In this document: positions 23,652 through 37,568 of the stretch, piece by piece
Numbering within the stretch: position 1 is the first letter of the stretch
Layout of the letters: each line of letters begins with the position of its first letter
Source: Tricharina praecox
Lineage: Eukaryota
DNA length: 64,000 bases
Direction: 5' to 3'
Assembly (NCBI RefSeq): GCF_024521635.1
Contig: NW_026250404.1
Span: forward strand, 62,001-126,000
The notes under the pieces: model-generated
Database searches by the model: none
Told to the model about the DNA's origin: nothing
Seen by the model: only the letters and a program-made list of their open reading frames with translations
Translations under genes and position numbers: made by a program

Positions 23652-26383
23652 ATGCCCGATACGTCGATGGCTCATCAATCTTCGCCCGCACCCGATCACA
23701 TTCCCTCAAAACACTTATCGTCCAACTCCTCGTCCGCGTCGAACAATACTCCTATCACCGCGACGACGACGACGACGACATCGACGACGAAGCCGTCGTC
23801 CCCCTCGTCGGGATTTAGCCTCAATAATAGACACAATGGAATCGGCAACGGCAACGCCAGCGGCAACGGAGGCAACCACAGCAACTCCTCGTCGCGGGAC
23901 TCGTCGCCACACAGCAAATCCGACGCCGCCGACGCGCCCGACCTCATGTCCTCGTCCTCGTCGCTAAGGTCGAGAGCTAAAGGTAAAGAGCCCGCCGACG
24001 CGAAGCGGCCGTCGACGCCGGTCGCGCGCCCCGTCACCGCCGAGTTGCACCTGATGCAGTACCAGCAGCGCGACCAGGAGCACGCCAGCGCGCTGCTCAA
24101 ACAGATCGATGTCGGCCACGACCTCATCCGCGACAAACGCCGCGAGATAGAATACTACCAGCAGCTGAAGAGAGATAGGAATCGCCACCCGTGGACGGTG
24201 TTCGGCCAGGGCTACGCGGGCTTCGGGAATGGAACCACTGATGGCAACGCACGCGTGCTGTATCCGTGTCAGCGCAAGAGACCCGGGGGAAGAAAGGCGC
24301 GTGAGCTGCGATTGACGAGGACCCAGCTGCAGGAACAGGCGGATCGCGTCGAGATGTTGGTCCCCATACGCCTAGATATCAACCATAACCAGATCCAATT
24401 GCGCGACACGTTTACTTGGAACATGCACGAGCAGACGGTGCCGCTGGATCTGTTCGTGGAGCAGCTGGTCGAGGACTTTCACCTGCCACTGAATCCGTCG
24501 CTGTTGCAGACCGTCACGAACAGTATACGAGACCAGGTCACCGACTACCATCCACATGTGTTCCTCGTCGATGAGCCACTAGATCCCGTCTTGCCGTACA
24601 CTGCTTACAAGAACGACGATATGCGGATCCTGATCAAGCTCAACATCACGATCGGGCAGCATACATTGGTGGACCAGTTCGAGTGGGATATCAACAACCC
24701 CATGAACTCGCCCGAAGAGTTCGCGCAGCTCCTGACGCGGGAGATGTCGCTCTCGGGAGAGTTCACAACTTCCGTCGCGCACTGTATTAGGGAACAGTGT
24801 CAGTTGTTCACGAAGGCGCTGTACGTCACCAACCACCCATTCGACGGTCGACCCATCGAGGACGAGGACGTGCGCACGGCGTTGCTGTCGTCGCCCATCG
24901 CCTCCGTGTTCCGGCCCTACATTCTCGCCAAGGATTTCCAGCCCGTGCTCTACGAGATGTCGGAGAACGAGCTGGACCGTGCCGAGAGGAGTCAGTCTCG
25001 CGAACGACGACGGCTGCGTCGCGTACGAACCGTCAACCGCAGAGGCGGTCCGACTATTCCCGATCTCAAGGATATGCCTAAGACGCACCGGACGCAGATC
25101 GTGTCGTCGATACTACCAGGTGCCGTGCAAAAGGTTACGGATCTCGAGAAGGCGATGGCGGTTAAGCAGGTTAAGGACGGCGAATCGGATGACGACGACA
25201 GTGATTCGGACGTCGAGGATCTGCCGCCGGAGAAGACCATCCCTGGCTACAGCCGGATGACTGGTCGCCAGCGGCAGGCTGCCATCAATGCGCAGAAGGC
25301 GAATGCTCAGGCACGCTCGCAAACGCCGGAGGTCCACAGCGTTCGGTCGGATCGCACCGAGCGTTACGCCGAACGGTTACGACACGAGACGCCACTATCG
25401 ACGCCATTACAGCAGACCCAGACCATCACACCCAGCATAGTCCAGCGTCTACCACGTCGGCAAGGTGTGCCGCTGCATCAGGACTCGGCTGTGTTCAAAG
25501 TCAAGCTCAACCTGGCCAAGTTCAGGAAAACTATGGAGGACCTCAAGGCACGCGATGCGCAGAAAGCAGCGCAACAACTAGAGGACGAGAAGGCGCGGGA
25601 GTTGCTACGCCAACAGGCCGCCGCCATGCCGCCACCGTCTCAGCAGCCATCCACCTCACAGAAGACGCCACTACCGTCTGCTTCTACGCCTGCTGCGGCC
25701 TCTTCACCTCCTACTCCAGCACATTCTGCCGTGCCCGCACCGCCTCTTACCCCACCAACTCCCACTCCCTCTGCTCCGGCTGCAGCTTCAGCTCCGGCCC
25801 CAGCTGCAGCTCAGTCCCCAACTCCGGCTGCGGCTCCAGCTCCAGCTCCATCACCAGCTTCGGCACCGACTCCGACTCCGGCTCCCAGCACAAACCCGCC
25901 AGGCTCAGCCGAAGAAGCACCAGTAAGTCACCTCCCGATCCCCCCATCCTGCCCACGCATAACATAAATCTCTAACCACCCACAGCCACCTCCGGACTGG
26001 CTCATCACGGCGCTTTCGCGACTGCGCGAGACGTACACAAACGACAACTTCGAAGCGACGATGCGGCGGATCGCGTTCGACGCCGAGACGGGCCAGAGCA
26101 TGTCGGCAGCGCAGATCCAGGCCACCAGCAAGGAGATAAAGTGGAAGTGGATCCCGCGCATCCGCTGTCATGATTGTCCCGGAAAGCTCTACACTCCGGG
26201 TCCGGAACAGACCGTAGAGAGCTTTTTGGTACATGTCAAGAATAGAGGGCATAGGTACGGTTTCACCCCTAATAGATGAGGCCAGACCGGATGAAGCTAA
26301 TGGGGTGTGCACACAGAGTACGTGTCGACCAGAGAACGAAGACTGGTGGTGGCGGCGCGATGGCGGGCGCGGGGAGTTCGTGA
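23652..26383 (+). CDS. snf5: SWI/SNF chromatin-remodelling subunit Snf5
   Basis: SNF5 repeats LVPIRLDI...LRDTFTWN and DDMRILIKLNITIG..TLVDQFEWDINN..NSPEEFA...LSGEFTT.VAH.IREQ. Fungal C-terminal region RIRCHDCPGKLYTPGP...HVKNR.H. Introns 25923-25985 and 26255-26316; stop TGA 26381-26383. Confidence 0.92.
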
Positions 26384-27327
26384 TGTAACGTAACGTAAGT
26401 GTTGGCATGTTGGGCATGTTGGGTATCTTGGGCTATATGTTGGGGGCGGGGAGAGAGGGAGAGGTGTACTTTTAGACTGTTGCATCTTGTCGTTACCGTT
26501 GCCGTTATCGTTATTGCTATCCGTAGGACGTGGGAAGTAATCATCCGTTAATCTTTTTTTTTTACGATTGTGTACGTTTTTTCTTCATTTCTGTTTTTTT
26601 TTCTTTGAGGTGGATTGGAGGGAAGGGATGGGGGGATGGGATGGGATGAAGGGATGAGATGGGATGAAATGGGAGGGGATGGGATGAAATGGGAGGGGAT
26701 GGGGTTTTTTAGTTTTTGTTACACTGTGCTGTGCTGTGAGTAGAGATACTCTACATCTTCATCTACATCTACCTACATCTATCTACAGATCGTCGTCGAC
26801 CCACCCTGGCGTGGAACTGTGCAGACTTGGATTGCGGGGAGATGGCGGGAGGCGGGAGATGGCGGGAGGCGGGAGGTGGCGAGTGATGTCTGGTGTTCTG
26901 CCATTCCTATGTAGCATGGGTACTCACTCGAGATAGTCACCCACTTTCGGAATCGTGCAGTAGCTCCGAACATCAGTTCAAGAAAGAGATCGGACGGGAC
27001 GGCGGTAGATGAAGTGGAGCGTAGAGGAGCGGCCGAAGCAGTGCTGGGACACCTGACGACGAGAGCGACGTCTGCGGAGGTGGGCAGGCGTATGCGGCGG
27101 GATATAAGCGGTCAAGTTTTCTCTTCTCTTCTTTTTCATCACTCTACATATCCCCACTCTGTTTGGTACGCAGTAGCACAGCAATGAACTGTATGGGAAG
27201 CGGAAAGGGAAGAGCGGGCATATCATCCCGTAGGGGAGAGAGGAGAGGTGGGAACTTGGAAGAGAGGGCGTGCAGGCGGCCCATTTCAGTCTTTACTGTG
27301 CATCTACATTTGTGTGACGAGTCGGGG

Positions 27328-27437
27328 CAGAGGGTCGAGGGTAGAGGGCAGAGGTCAGAGGATAGAGGGTAGAGGGCAGAGGGCAGAGGGCAGAGGGTAG
27401 AGGGTAGAGGGCAGAGGGTAGAGGGCAGAGGGTAGGG
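27328..27437. repeat. 7-bp minisatellite (YAGAGGG)n
   Basis: About 14 units of cagaggg/tagaggg with a few variants. Confidence 0.92.
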
Positions 27438-30400
27438 AAAGCTATATCGGGCTACTTGCGTGGAAACGGGGGGTAAACGGGATGATATTTCCATGATCTA
27501 CCGGAGAGGGAGAGGAAGGAGTGCAGCCTGGTGCGGGGAGCATGGCGGAGATATTCGCGGACGAGCGATGTTCATTGTCCACTACTCAGAAGCAGTACGG
27601 GAAGGCCTGGAGACGACGGGCGAGGGGGCGGAAGGCCCCGCTAAACAGGCGTGCTCGGCGGGATGCGTGTATGAGGAGCTGTGGGGGCAGGCGGGGGAAG
27701 AGGGAGATGGGCGGTCATGCTTTCTCTTCTTTTCCCTTCCATCACTCTACTTTGTTTGCTATGGACATGGTGACACAGAGACGAACCGTACATACGGTAG
27801 AGCAGCCCGCGAGGTCTTCACCTCAACTCTCTGCTCTGCGGGGCTGGAAGGAGAGGTCGGGTAGGCCCTAAGGGGGTTTACCCTCATCGTCAATGTAGGC
27901 GGGCAGTGTGCGGCGATAGATTGATGGATCTCTCTCCCTTCAGCAGCTCGGACCTGGTTTCTTTTACATACACTTTCACTATATGCTGGGTGCCTTTTTC
28001 GGCGTCCAGCTATCCAGATATGTAATAGAGTACCGTACTTACCTGCGGGTGGATGCATGAAAGCGGTATTGTTGAATATTTGAGCTGCAAAAGAAGCAAA
28101 AAGAGGTATTTTTCAACGACAGTATAAACAAACTAGCATTATTTGTTAGGCACTGCAGCGAAAGCGGTCGCCCCCTCAAGCACGGGACTCACTCGAACAC
28201 CGAATAGGCAGGTTGAAGCGTACTTTACTCTGTAATTCCGGGCACATGACCGCCGGCAGTTCCCAAATGCCCGGACACTGATCCTCACTCGTCTCTCGCG
28301 CTCATTCTCGCTCCCCCCGATCCATCCATCCGAGGCCGCCTCGACTGGACAGGGCGGGCAGGAAAAGGAGTGCGTTGGTTCGCCATATTCTAGACAGGCT
28401 GCATACAATTAATGAATGAATAAACAAAAAAACATCCATCCATCCATTCAACCGTGGGGCTGGGGCCGTGAGAGATTTCGGCTTGACTGGGCTTGGCGTC
28501 TGTGCCACCCAACCACCGCAGCGAGATAGATGAAGGCTGAAGCGCGTGTTCTTTATTTCGTTTGGGCTGGTATTTTCGGACTAATGGTGTGCTCGTGGGC
28601 TCGTGGGTTCGTGGGTACAGGTTAATAGCATCGCCAGTTCGAAGACCTATTATAACATCGCAATGAATCGAGTTGGTCGCAGGCCTGGAAGTGAGAACGG
28701 AACACTCCAGTGGCGAGTGAGAGCTTGTGAACTGCACTCATTTGCACGAGCGGTGGAAAGCTAATTTTTTGAGGATCGATCTACGGTACTTTCTATGATT
28801 CTATAGCAGTTTGTGCCATGTGGGAACGAAAGCGTCGAAATGGAAAATGCTATAAGTATGCCAGCAGTTCCGCCTCTTTCTTGCGATTTCCGCGACCTAT
28901 TTACGCCTTGATTGCTGGTAGGTGAACGTGAAGGCGTGATGGTTACGATACTGGTTTTTGTGGATACATGGCCTGCACTCAACCACCTCCAGTACATATC
29001 GCTTCCGCACTCGGCCCTTAGTTTCTCCTCCCAGAGTCAGGTCTTGTAGTAGCATAGTCGGGGTTCGCTGGCGTGTACGGATTGAGGAAATGGGTGGATT
29101 GTGTTCATTCGAAGATTCGGCGGCCTTGAAGTGCGGGTGGATATCGTCGGCTTCGATGAGCTGTCTAATTGCAGATACGGATAATATCAGCTGCTTCCCG
29201 CGTCGACTTCATACGACTGGGTACTGAGGAAAGTAATTGGAGGTGTAGTCTTCTCTCAAGGTCATAAGTCGAGAGATCGTCGCCAAGGGACCGGCCGGCA
29301 CTCGTGTTTGAGAAGATCCGCCTCTCTCCGGGTATGCACAGGTTGGAGGACCGAGGGGAGAGGTGTCAAGTACGATGCTCCTCCGGGACAGCACTGCGCG
29401 GCGACTCGATTCGAGGATGAGGCCAGGTGGATTCCCGGATCAGGCCTATCATACCTGCACCATATGCACCCGCGGCCTCAAGCTCGGTTGCCACAGGTGT
29501 CACATTCGAGTGCAACTGTGTGCGCCAAGTCACGTCACCGCTTATCCAGTTATCCCCACCCCCTCTTTTCGCCAGCACCGCCAGCACCGCCCATCGCCCA
29601 CAGCTCGTCAACCGGGGGGCCAAAATCTTCCAATTCTTCCAAACAACTCAGCTCTCCCACGATACAACGCGACCCCGACCCGAAAACGAATGATTTGTCT
29701 TGACTGATGTCTGCGCCGTGCCGCATTCCCGGCGCCAACTGGGGCTGGAGGGTCGAGATGTGATTGGAGTTGGATCGGTGCGGTGGGGCACAGCAGCTCG
29801 AGTCAAGTTCCTTCCGCGGCCTCGACGGGGCTATCCGGCTGCCTGGCCAGGTGAACGAGCGAACCGCCGGCGGATCTACGCGCTTTTTTAAACCGGTTCT
29901 CTCACCACCGCACCGCCGCACCCCGAGAAAAGTGGTGGATAGCAGTCACTTTCATGATCCGTTGCAAAGGTAATTCTTATTCTTGTTGCGCTCTCGTTGC
30001 TAATTGTTTTTTTGCCCCAGTTTTAATAGAGCCTACGATCCAAAAATGCCCACGACGAAGCGAAACTTTATCGATCCAAAAAATAAACAAGGGCAAATTC
30101 GGTCAGGCTGTTCATTCGCGTACCAGGCTTCGGGAGTACGCCCGAATACTCCCTTGGCTGTATCGTCCAGGCGAAGCTCGACACGGAGGTTTCGAAGTGG
30201 CATATAGGAGAGGCGTGTATGTTGCGGTCTCGGTGCAGGCTTTGTTTGTTACAAGAGTCTACCGGTGGAATCCATGTTCTTAGAGCTGGAGTTCTATACC
30301 GCTTCGTATTGTCTTTTCTGTTGTGGCCGCTTCTGGAACTTTGTTCGGCTGGGAATGGATATCACGGGTTGTTTGCGATGTTTCGTTTCGATTCATGGGA

Positions 30401-31469
30401 TTCATGTCCGGCATTATTTTTTTTCACCACGAAAGTGGTGAGCGGGGGGACAGTACGGGTTAGTTATTCCTCGTGGGAACCGGCTAGATGAGGCGAGCTC
30501 GGGGGCTTCATATCTTCAATGGACTCCCCGAGGACTTGCTGGCAGGCTTACATCATTAGGCACTTAATTAGCTGTTTAGTTCATCCGTGGAATTCAGTCT
30601 CTAGCTGTGGCGATTCTGCACAAACATCGTCGAAAGCATTTTCTACACGAGCTCGGGTTTCGTCTTCCACGAAACAGAGCATCTGCGTCAAGAAACTCAT
30701 CCGGCAAGTCGGAATATGCTTGAATACAATTCAGGAAATACTATTGGGTTAATTTGTTTCTTGGGTTGGAAACAGGTATTCGGTTTCCCAACGTTGGATG
30801 CATCGATGGCGTGTTGGCAAGTGGTGTCGACCCCCTCTTCCGTCTCTGGCCTTTGGCATCGGGCATTGGTTTCATCGGTGTTTACTCGATGCTAATCATG
30901 CCTTGATGGGCTGGGTTTTACCCAGTGCCTTCGCCGGCCGTTCTCCAGACACCAACATGTGTGTACTTTCATGTGTGTACTGGTTGGCTGTCTGACCGGC
31001 TGGCTTTGGATGGAGATGCGTACGTTCCCCACGCACGGGTTGAGGTGAGGTCACGAGTTCAGATGTCAGTGGTAGTATCGTAACTGCACCCAGCAAGCAG
31101 TGGATGTAGAAGTTGCAGGAAGCCTTCGTTGGCCCTTCGGGGAACCTTCGGGGTTAAGGGCGTCGGAGAGTCTCCAGTCAACTTGCAGAGCTATGTACTG
31201 AGATTTTTGCGCTTCTATGTTCTCGTATGAGATGTGTGTTGTATTGGTAAATAGAAATACGCAAAGGCGGCAATGCAAACGTTCTGCCCTTTTGATTGAG
31301 ACCCGTTGAAAAGGACATTTACCCTCGGCGGCCAGAGCGGCCGAGTTTGAGTGATGACTGCACTGCTTGGGAGGAAGAGGCCAGCCAGACAGCAATCAAG
31401 CAAGCGGAGCACCTGGACGTTATCACTCACCTCTCGCTCGCTCGACCCTCGCCTTCTAACCAACCCACC

Positions 31470-31585
31470 CTTCTTCTTCTTCTTCCCTCACCCGCACACC
31501 CTCTTCTTCCCTCACCCTCACTCCCTCTTCTTCCCTCGCCCTCACACCCTCTTCTTCCTTCACTCGCACTCCCTCTTCTCTCCTC
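31470..31585. repeat. ~24-bp pyrimidine-rich tandem repeat
   Basis: Variants of cttcttccctcaccc.cac.ccct repeated about 4 times. Confidence 0.8.
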
Positions 31586-31841
31586 CCCCAACCTTAACCT
31601 GTCCCCACCATCACAACCATCCTTCATCCATCCATCCCTTCACCTTCTGTTCGACCCTTCTTCTTCTCTTTTCTTGCTCCGGAACCCCGCTCTTCAAGCT
31701 TCACTTTTCCTCAAGATCTTCAAGCCGAGAGTTTCCCTCCAGTAAGTGGCCGGAGTTCAGCTAGCCACCCACGCTCTCACGCTACCGGGTCGTTTTCACC
31801 GTTCTTCGGTGGTGTCGCCTCGCCGGCAATTTGGTTGGTAG

Positions 31842-32410
31842 GCATATAACATTCCCCGAACCGACACCACTTGCCATCACCACCGAAGCACTTGCCATCA
31901 CCACCGAACCATCAAGGTGGTAAGTGCCCTAACCTTTCTTTACTTCCTTCTCTACTTCCCGCTTCCTTCCTCCCTTCCTTCCTCCCTTCCTCCTTTCCTC
32001 TCTTAACTCGATACACACCCAGACATCACATTCCCCGAACCGACACCACTTGCCATCACCACCGAAGCACTTGCCATCACCACCGAACCATCAAGGTGGT
32101 AAGTGCCCTAACCTTTCTTTACTTCCTTCTTCCACTTCCCACTTCCTTCCTTCCTCCCTTCCTCCCTCCCTTCCTTACTTCATACCTCCCTCCCTTCCTT
32201 ACTTCCTTCCTCTCTTACCCGATACCCACTCAGACATATCACATTCTCCGAACCAACACCACTTGTCATCACCACAATATCATCACCGAAGCCATCCACC
32301 GACCGAACCATCAAGTTCGTAAGTACCCTAACCTCTCTTTACTTCCATCTTTTCCTTCTTTCCTTCCTTCCTCCCTCCCTTCCTTCTTCCTCTCTTACCC
32401 GATACACACT
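31842..32410 (+). repeat. Three tandem ~180-210 bp units, each shaped like an exon plus an intron
   Basis: Each unit reads acatt.c.cgaacc.acaccacttg.catcaccac...ccgaaccatcaag + GTAAGT.CCCTAACCT + polypyrimidine tract + cgatac.cac. Donor-like GTAAGT at 31920, 32099 and 32319. Confidence 0.85.
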
Positions 32411-33010
32411 TCCTCACTTCATCCTTTTCCTTCCCCTGCCTCCTCGACAGCCTGTCAGCCAGCCACTCGCCACGGCTGCCGTCGCTGTCGTTCGCACTGT
32501 CACTCCTGCATTGCCGCTTCATCTACTGCTGGCTATAAGTTCTGCTTGCTATCTGCGGCTGCCTCTCGGCGTCGAGACATTTTAAAAAAGTACATTTCCT
32601 TCTCTTCCCACCGTACATCTCATCACCACCATTCCCCCCCCCCCCAACTGCCCCATCCCACCACGAGTCCCCCACCCCCCTAGCACGCTTCTTGCCCCAT
32701 TCCTCAGCACTCGACTTCTCAACTCGAGTCTGTCCGATATTCTTTATCGCGAGCCCCTCATTTGGTTTTCTCTTTTACTTCCTTTGGCCGAGTTTTTGAC
32801 GAGTCGCTGTCGTTTGCGTTGCGGCGTGTGTGGCTGCCTTAATCATCCGTGCTCTAAAGTACCCACGTCGCGTCACCAACTAACTCGCTTCTCCAGGCCA
32901 GGCCTTGGATCAAGGGGAGTCACTCGTCCCAATTTCTAGATTCTCCCGACGCGAGTCTCGGTGCATACCACCAACCTCAACACCCCCACCCACCACACAT
33001 AACCATAAGC

Positions 33011-36000
33011 ATGCCAGCTTCTACGAAAGACTCGGGAGGCCAGTCACCAGTCGATACGCCTTCCGTCACAGGCTCCGGTCCGCCCACGCCGTTGCTCGGA
33101 CGAACCAGTTCGAGGCCGTCGACTCGTCGCTCAACCCCCGTTAGCACCCCCGGCGCTGGGCCCAGCACAACGTCGAGGATCCTCCTCCACCCACCCGACC
33201 CACATCATAGATCAAACGGCGACGCGTTACAAGACAATGTTGTTCCCCAGCCACCGCACGGAACACCGTCCTACAAGGAGTACGATGAGAAGGTAATTCC
33301 CCAAGGGGTACTACATGGAATGCACGTCCTAGGAGACCTTCCGCCTGCTCAACTCATCGCAAAGACCAAGGCGGCATATCCGTGGGCTCCAGCGAACAAG
33401 AACCCGGAGGTTGTAAAGAAGAGAGGCAAATACAAAACGTCCTCAAATGGCAATGGCAATGGCCTTGGCACAGCCGCTACCACCACCGCAGCACCGAGTC
33501 CTGCTGGTCCAAATTTCACCACACCTACTCCGACTACGTACAATCCAGCGACTCCGTCTCTATCATCCGACAGGGCTTCAGCAAGGGCTTCCGGTTCTCC
33601 CACATCTTCAGTCCAGGCTTTCCCGCAGGCCACGCCTCCGAAGCCCATAAATCCATGGATTAATGGCAGTACGCCGAGCTCGAAGACACCTCTAGGCCGT
33701 CAGCGTTTGTCCATGGTCGTTGAGGCTGCCATACAGAGGTCGAAAATCACTGGCAGCCCTGAAATGGGCATCGCGATAAGGAAATTGTATGACGAATCGC
33801 TCACTGACGACAGTTTGGCCGAGCTCTTGGATGCGATTCTGGCACAGACAGCTACAGCACAGCAATTCTCACATTTTCAGGCTTACGTCCGAGCAGCACG
33901 CGCCGACCCGGGAAATCAGTCGGAGAAGCCGTTTGTGGCGATGACTGCTGAGGATGTGGCTAGAGAAGAGGAAAAGCTCCGTCAAAACGAGAGAGATCAT
34001 GCCAGCAAGGTTGGGGTGAACGGAAATGGTGAGTAGCTAACGAACAAACCTCCCCGGGGGGGAATCTATGCATACAGAGAGGCTAAAATTCGCGCAGGTG
34101 TTGTTTCACCTCCTCCGGAGAAGAAGAGAAAGCTAGAGAATGCAGTTGCGCAGAGCTCCGAGAAGAGCGCGGTATCGACGTCACAGCCTGTGATTAAAGC
34201 CGACTCGCCGCTCCCCTCAAATGAGGAGATGCAGAAATTGTCGGATATTAGGGATCCGCCCGCGCCACACCTGCCCACTCGGACCCGCGGTAAGAAGAGA
34301 CCCAGGAGCCCAAGTCCTAGCAGCAAGAAGAGCTCGAAGCAGTCTTCGCCTGTGCTCGCTCCTCCGGCGGTCCAGCTGGCCACAGTTCCTGCGGCCCCAG
34401 CTCATGTGACCCCGGCTCCTCCTCCTCCCCCTCCCACTAAGAAAAAGAACAAAGTGGTGAAGGCCAAGGCTCTGTTAGTATTCCCCACAACCTCTCTTAT
34501 CTGTGCATTTTTTTGTTTGCCAGGTGGGCATTTGTGTGGCGAGTGAACACGTGGCTAACCTGTTGCAACAGGCCAGCCAAGAAAGCAGTGGTGTTGGAAA
34601 ACACCGTTGTAACTGCGGGGATTGGTGAGGCCCCTGACCATCGGAGAGCCCGCCACGGTTCAGAGGAAGTCTCGGTATGTTCAACAACCTCTTGATGTGT
34701 TGCATGGCGCGACTACTGGGACAGCTTATTAACTACCAAATACAGGAAAACGAGGACGTGTGCGCTGTGTGCAACGGAGCAGGAAACTTCTTGTGTTGCG
34801 AGCGTTGTCCGCGCTCTTTCCACTTCACTTGTCTGAATCCGCCCCTGGAGGACACTCCGGAGGGTGTCTGGTTTTGCAACAAGTGCCAAGCGCAGACCAA
34901 CCCGCCTCCCAGGGAACCGAAGGGCTTATTTTCCGAGCTCATCGACAATATCAATCGGCAGAATCCAGCCTCGTTCAGGCTGCCTTCGCCGATTCGCAAT
35001 TACTTCACCGGGGTGGAGACCGGCAGTCACGGCGAGTACGTTGATAACCGTGATACGAAGACGATGAAGTTTGGGTAAGTAATCACTGCGATCCAGCCGC
35101 ATAGGCTCCCTTGCTAACTTGCCCCCTCAGCAAGAATGGATTCCCGGAGGAACATGACACGTACAAGCTGCGGGACAAGAATGGAGCCCTCCTCGTCTGT
35201 CATGACTGCAACACAACGGCCCTCGGTGGCCGGCAGATCATTTCTTGCGACTACTGTCCGCTGAGTTGGCACCTCGACTGTGTCCTGCCGGTGCCGATGG
35301 CAGCTCCGCCTACGGGCAAGAGAAAGTGGATGTGTCCTGCACACATCGATTCTGTTGTAAGTCTGCGAACCTGCTTGCCCTGCTGGAGTGGGACTGACTA
35401 CAAGTTTAACAGCTCAAGGCGAGGCGCCCCAAGAACGCCATTGTTGTTGACACGGTCTTGCGCCGTGGCAACAAGAACAATGGCGTCATCGAGATCGACA
35501 ATGAGTCGGATCACGAAGGGGACTTCGAGGAGATCATCGCGAACGGGATCGTTTACCGACTCCCTGAGCGTGGCATCAAGCTCGATTTCATGGCGGCTGT
35601 TCACCGGTAAGTTCCCATGTGACGGACAACCCTGTCATGTGGTGCCAGACTGATCTGTTCCTAGCATGAGAGAGGAGGAGCAGGAGAAGTCTCGGAAGAG
35701 AGTCTCGGAAGTCCCCATCTCGGAAGAGCCACCCAAGAGGGTGCGCCTCTCGGTGGACTCCCTGCTGGGACTGTCAGCAGAGGAGGAGAATGTCGTTTCG
35801 GCCCTTTGGGAGTTGAGGTATCTTTCGGCGACAGCAGCTCCGGAAGCGGCAGCTCCGGCAACAGTAGCTCCGGCGACAGCAGCTGGCGAGACACCAGCCC
35901 AGGTGGCAGCAGCCCCGACTGATGTCTCTGTGCTCTTGGAGCGCCTGATTGTATGTATTTATTATCCGGGTGAAACAGAAGATGGGCTAACATGTGAGCG

Positions 36001-36381
36001 CAGAGTCAGGCTAGCGACCAGGTGAAATCGGTGCTCTCGACTCCGAGTGCACCGACTTCCCTGGAACAAGAGTTCCAGCAGTTGACGGAGATGAAGCGTC
36101 TGATCGACGCAAGGCTGCAGAGCATCGCGCAGCCAGAGGTCAATGGGGGCCGAAAACTCGTCGAGTTGACCCAGGACCACCATATGGACGACCATGAGTT
36201 CAACGAGCTCATGGACGCCGATATGGATGGTGCCTTTGCGCTCGACGAGGAGGAAACTGCTCGTTCGACGAACTCCGCGCCAGTCGCCCCAATGGCTCCG
36301 ATGATGGCTGCGCCCGTCCATGTGGCCCCGGTTGCTCCGATAGCACCTATGGCCTTCATGAAGCCGGGTGGCAACGCCTAG
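33011..36381 (+). CDS. Double-PHD-finger protein, Rco1/Cph1-2-like (Rpd3S histone deacetylase complex subunit)
   Basis: PHD1: ENEDVCAVC...CCERCPRSFHFTCLNPP..PEGVWFCNKC. Linker: NP..FRLP..IRNYF.GV.TG..GEY. PHD2: CHDC...CDYCPLSWHLDC...KWMCPAH. Then RRGNKNNGVIEI and YRLPERGIKLDF. Frame-consistent introns 34029-34097, 34474-34571, 34675-34745, 35075-35130, 35357-35412, 35607-35664 and 35951-36003. Confidence 0.87.
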
Positions 36382-37508
36382 GCTTCATGAGGCCGGATGG
36401 CCACCTCTGGACGAGGATACGAAATGAAGGTACCAGGGGACGGAACAGATGGTACCAGACGACGATGAACGCCTTTTTTTTCTTTCTTTTTCTTTTTCCT
36501 TTTTTCTTTTTTTACTAGCTGTCGCTAGACTTTTTTAGTTGAAAACCTTTTCCCAATTATTTTGAAGGATTTTCCTTCTTTTTACGGTGTTTTTACCCTT
36601 GCCTCTGGTTGATTTGCATTGCACTTTCGCTATGATAGTATCCTTTTCCTTTTTTTTTTGATTTCCAGACTATGAATTGGTTTAGGGTGTTTTTCTTTTC
36701 ATTTGGCAATGGACTTAGAAGGGGTGTGGTCATGGGAGGGTGAGGGAGCGAATGTCTTTCCATTTGTCTGTATTCCGCATGCGTTTGCTAGTTTTTCTTT
36801 TTTGTTCTAGGGGCTCTTCTCAAGTATCTGCTTTTCATGCGATTATATTCATTCATGTATTCTTTTTTTCTTTCCTGTTTTTTTTTCTATTCTCTTTCGT
36901 TGCACTCATGGGGGTATTTCTTTTCTGCTCATTCTTCTTACAAGTTTACCGGTACGATTTGCGCATATGCTCTTTAACTTTTCTTCTGTGGTTACTTTTT
37001 TTACTCTGGATTCTGTCGGCATTTCGGGGAGCGGTACGGAAGAAGGAGCGAGTGATATTTTATGGGAGAGCTGGTGGTGTGGGTCGAGACAATTTGCGCT
37101 GTATTTTAGTTACCAACTGTACGAGTACTCTACATTTCGGTCGTTCGGTGAGTGACGTGACAAAACATCCAACTCAAGGCAACTTTGGGGGAACATGAAC
37201 ATGAGCGGATATCTCTCCAGGGGTTGACCTTACTTGCTTGCTTCGAGAGGATGCTGATTGGTTGACGTGAGTGAAACATGTGATACGCTAGGCTGCTACA
37301 AGGATGCCGGGGCCTGGGGAGTGCTCAGTGGTGGGCGCCTGCATGCTGCAGCCCTGTAGGTGTGCTGTGGTGGAGCGCTGCTGGTGGTGCATGTGCTGAT
37401 GTGGTGTGGCGAGTGTCTAGCGGGTGAGAGGCGGTGATGGTGGCGGGTGAGCTGATGGTGGCTGGTGGATGGAGCGGTGGCTGGTGGATGGAGCGTTGGC
37501 TGAATCGT

Positions 37509-37568
37509 GGCTGGTTGATGACGGGTGGCTGGTTGATGACGGGTGGCTGGTTGATGACGAGTGGCTGG
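37509..37568. repeat. 18-bp tandem repeat x3 in a GGT-rich tract
   Basis: (GGCTGGTTGATGACGRGT)3. Confidence 0.9.

Noticed and set aside
31842..32410. Repeat-spacer-like pattern as a CRISPR array
   Set aside because: Eukaryotic context, long units, intervening parts are homologous pyrimidine tracts rather than unique spacers, and there are no cas genes.
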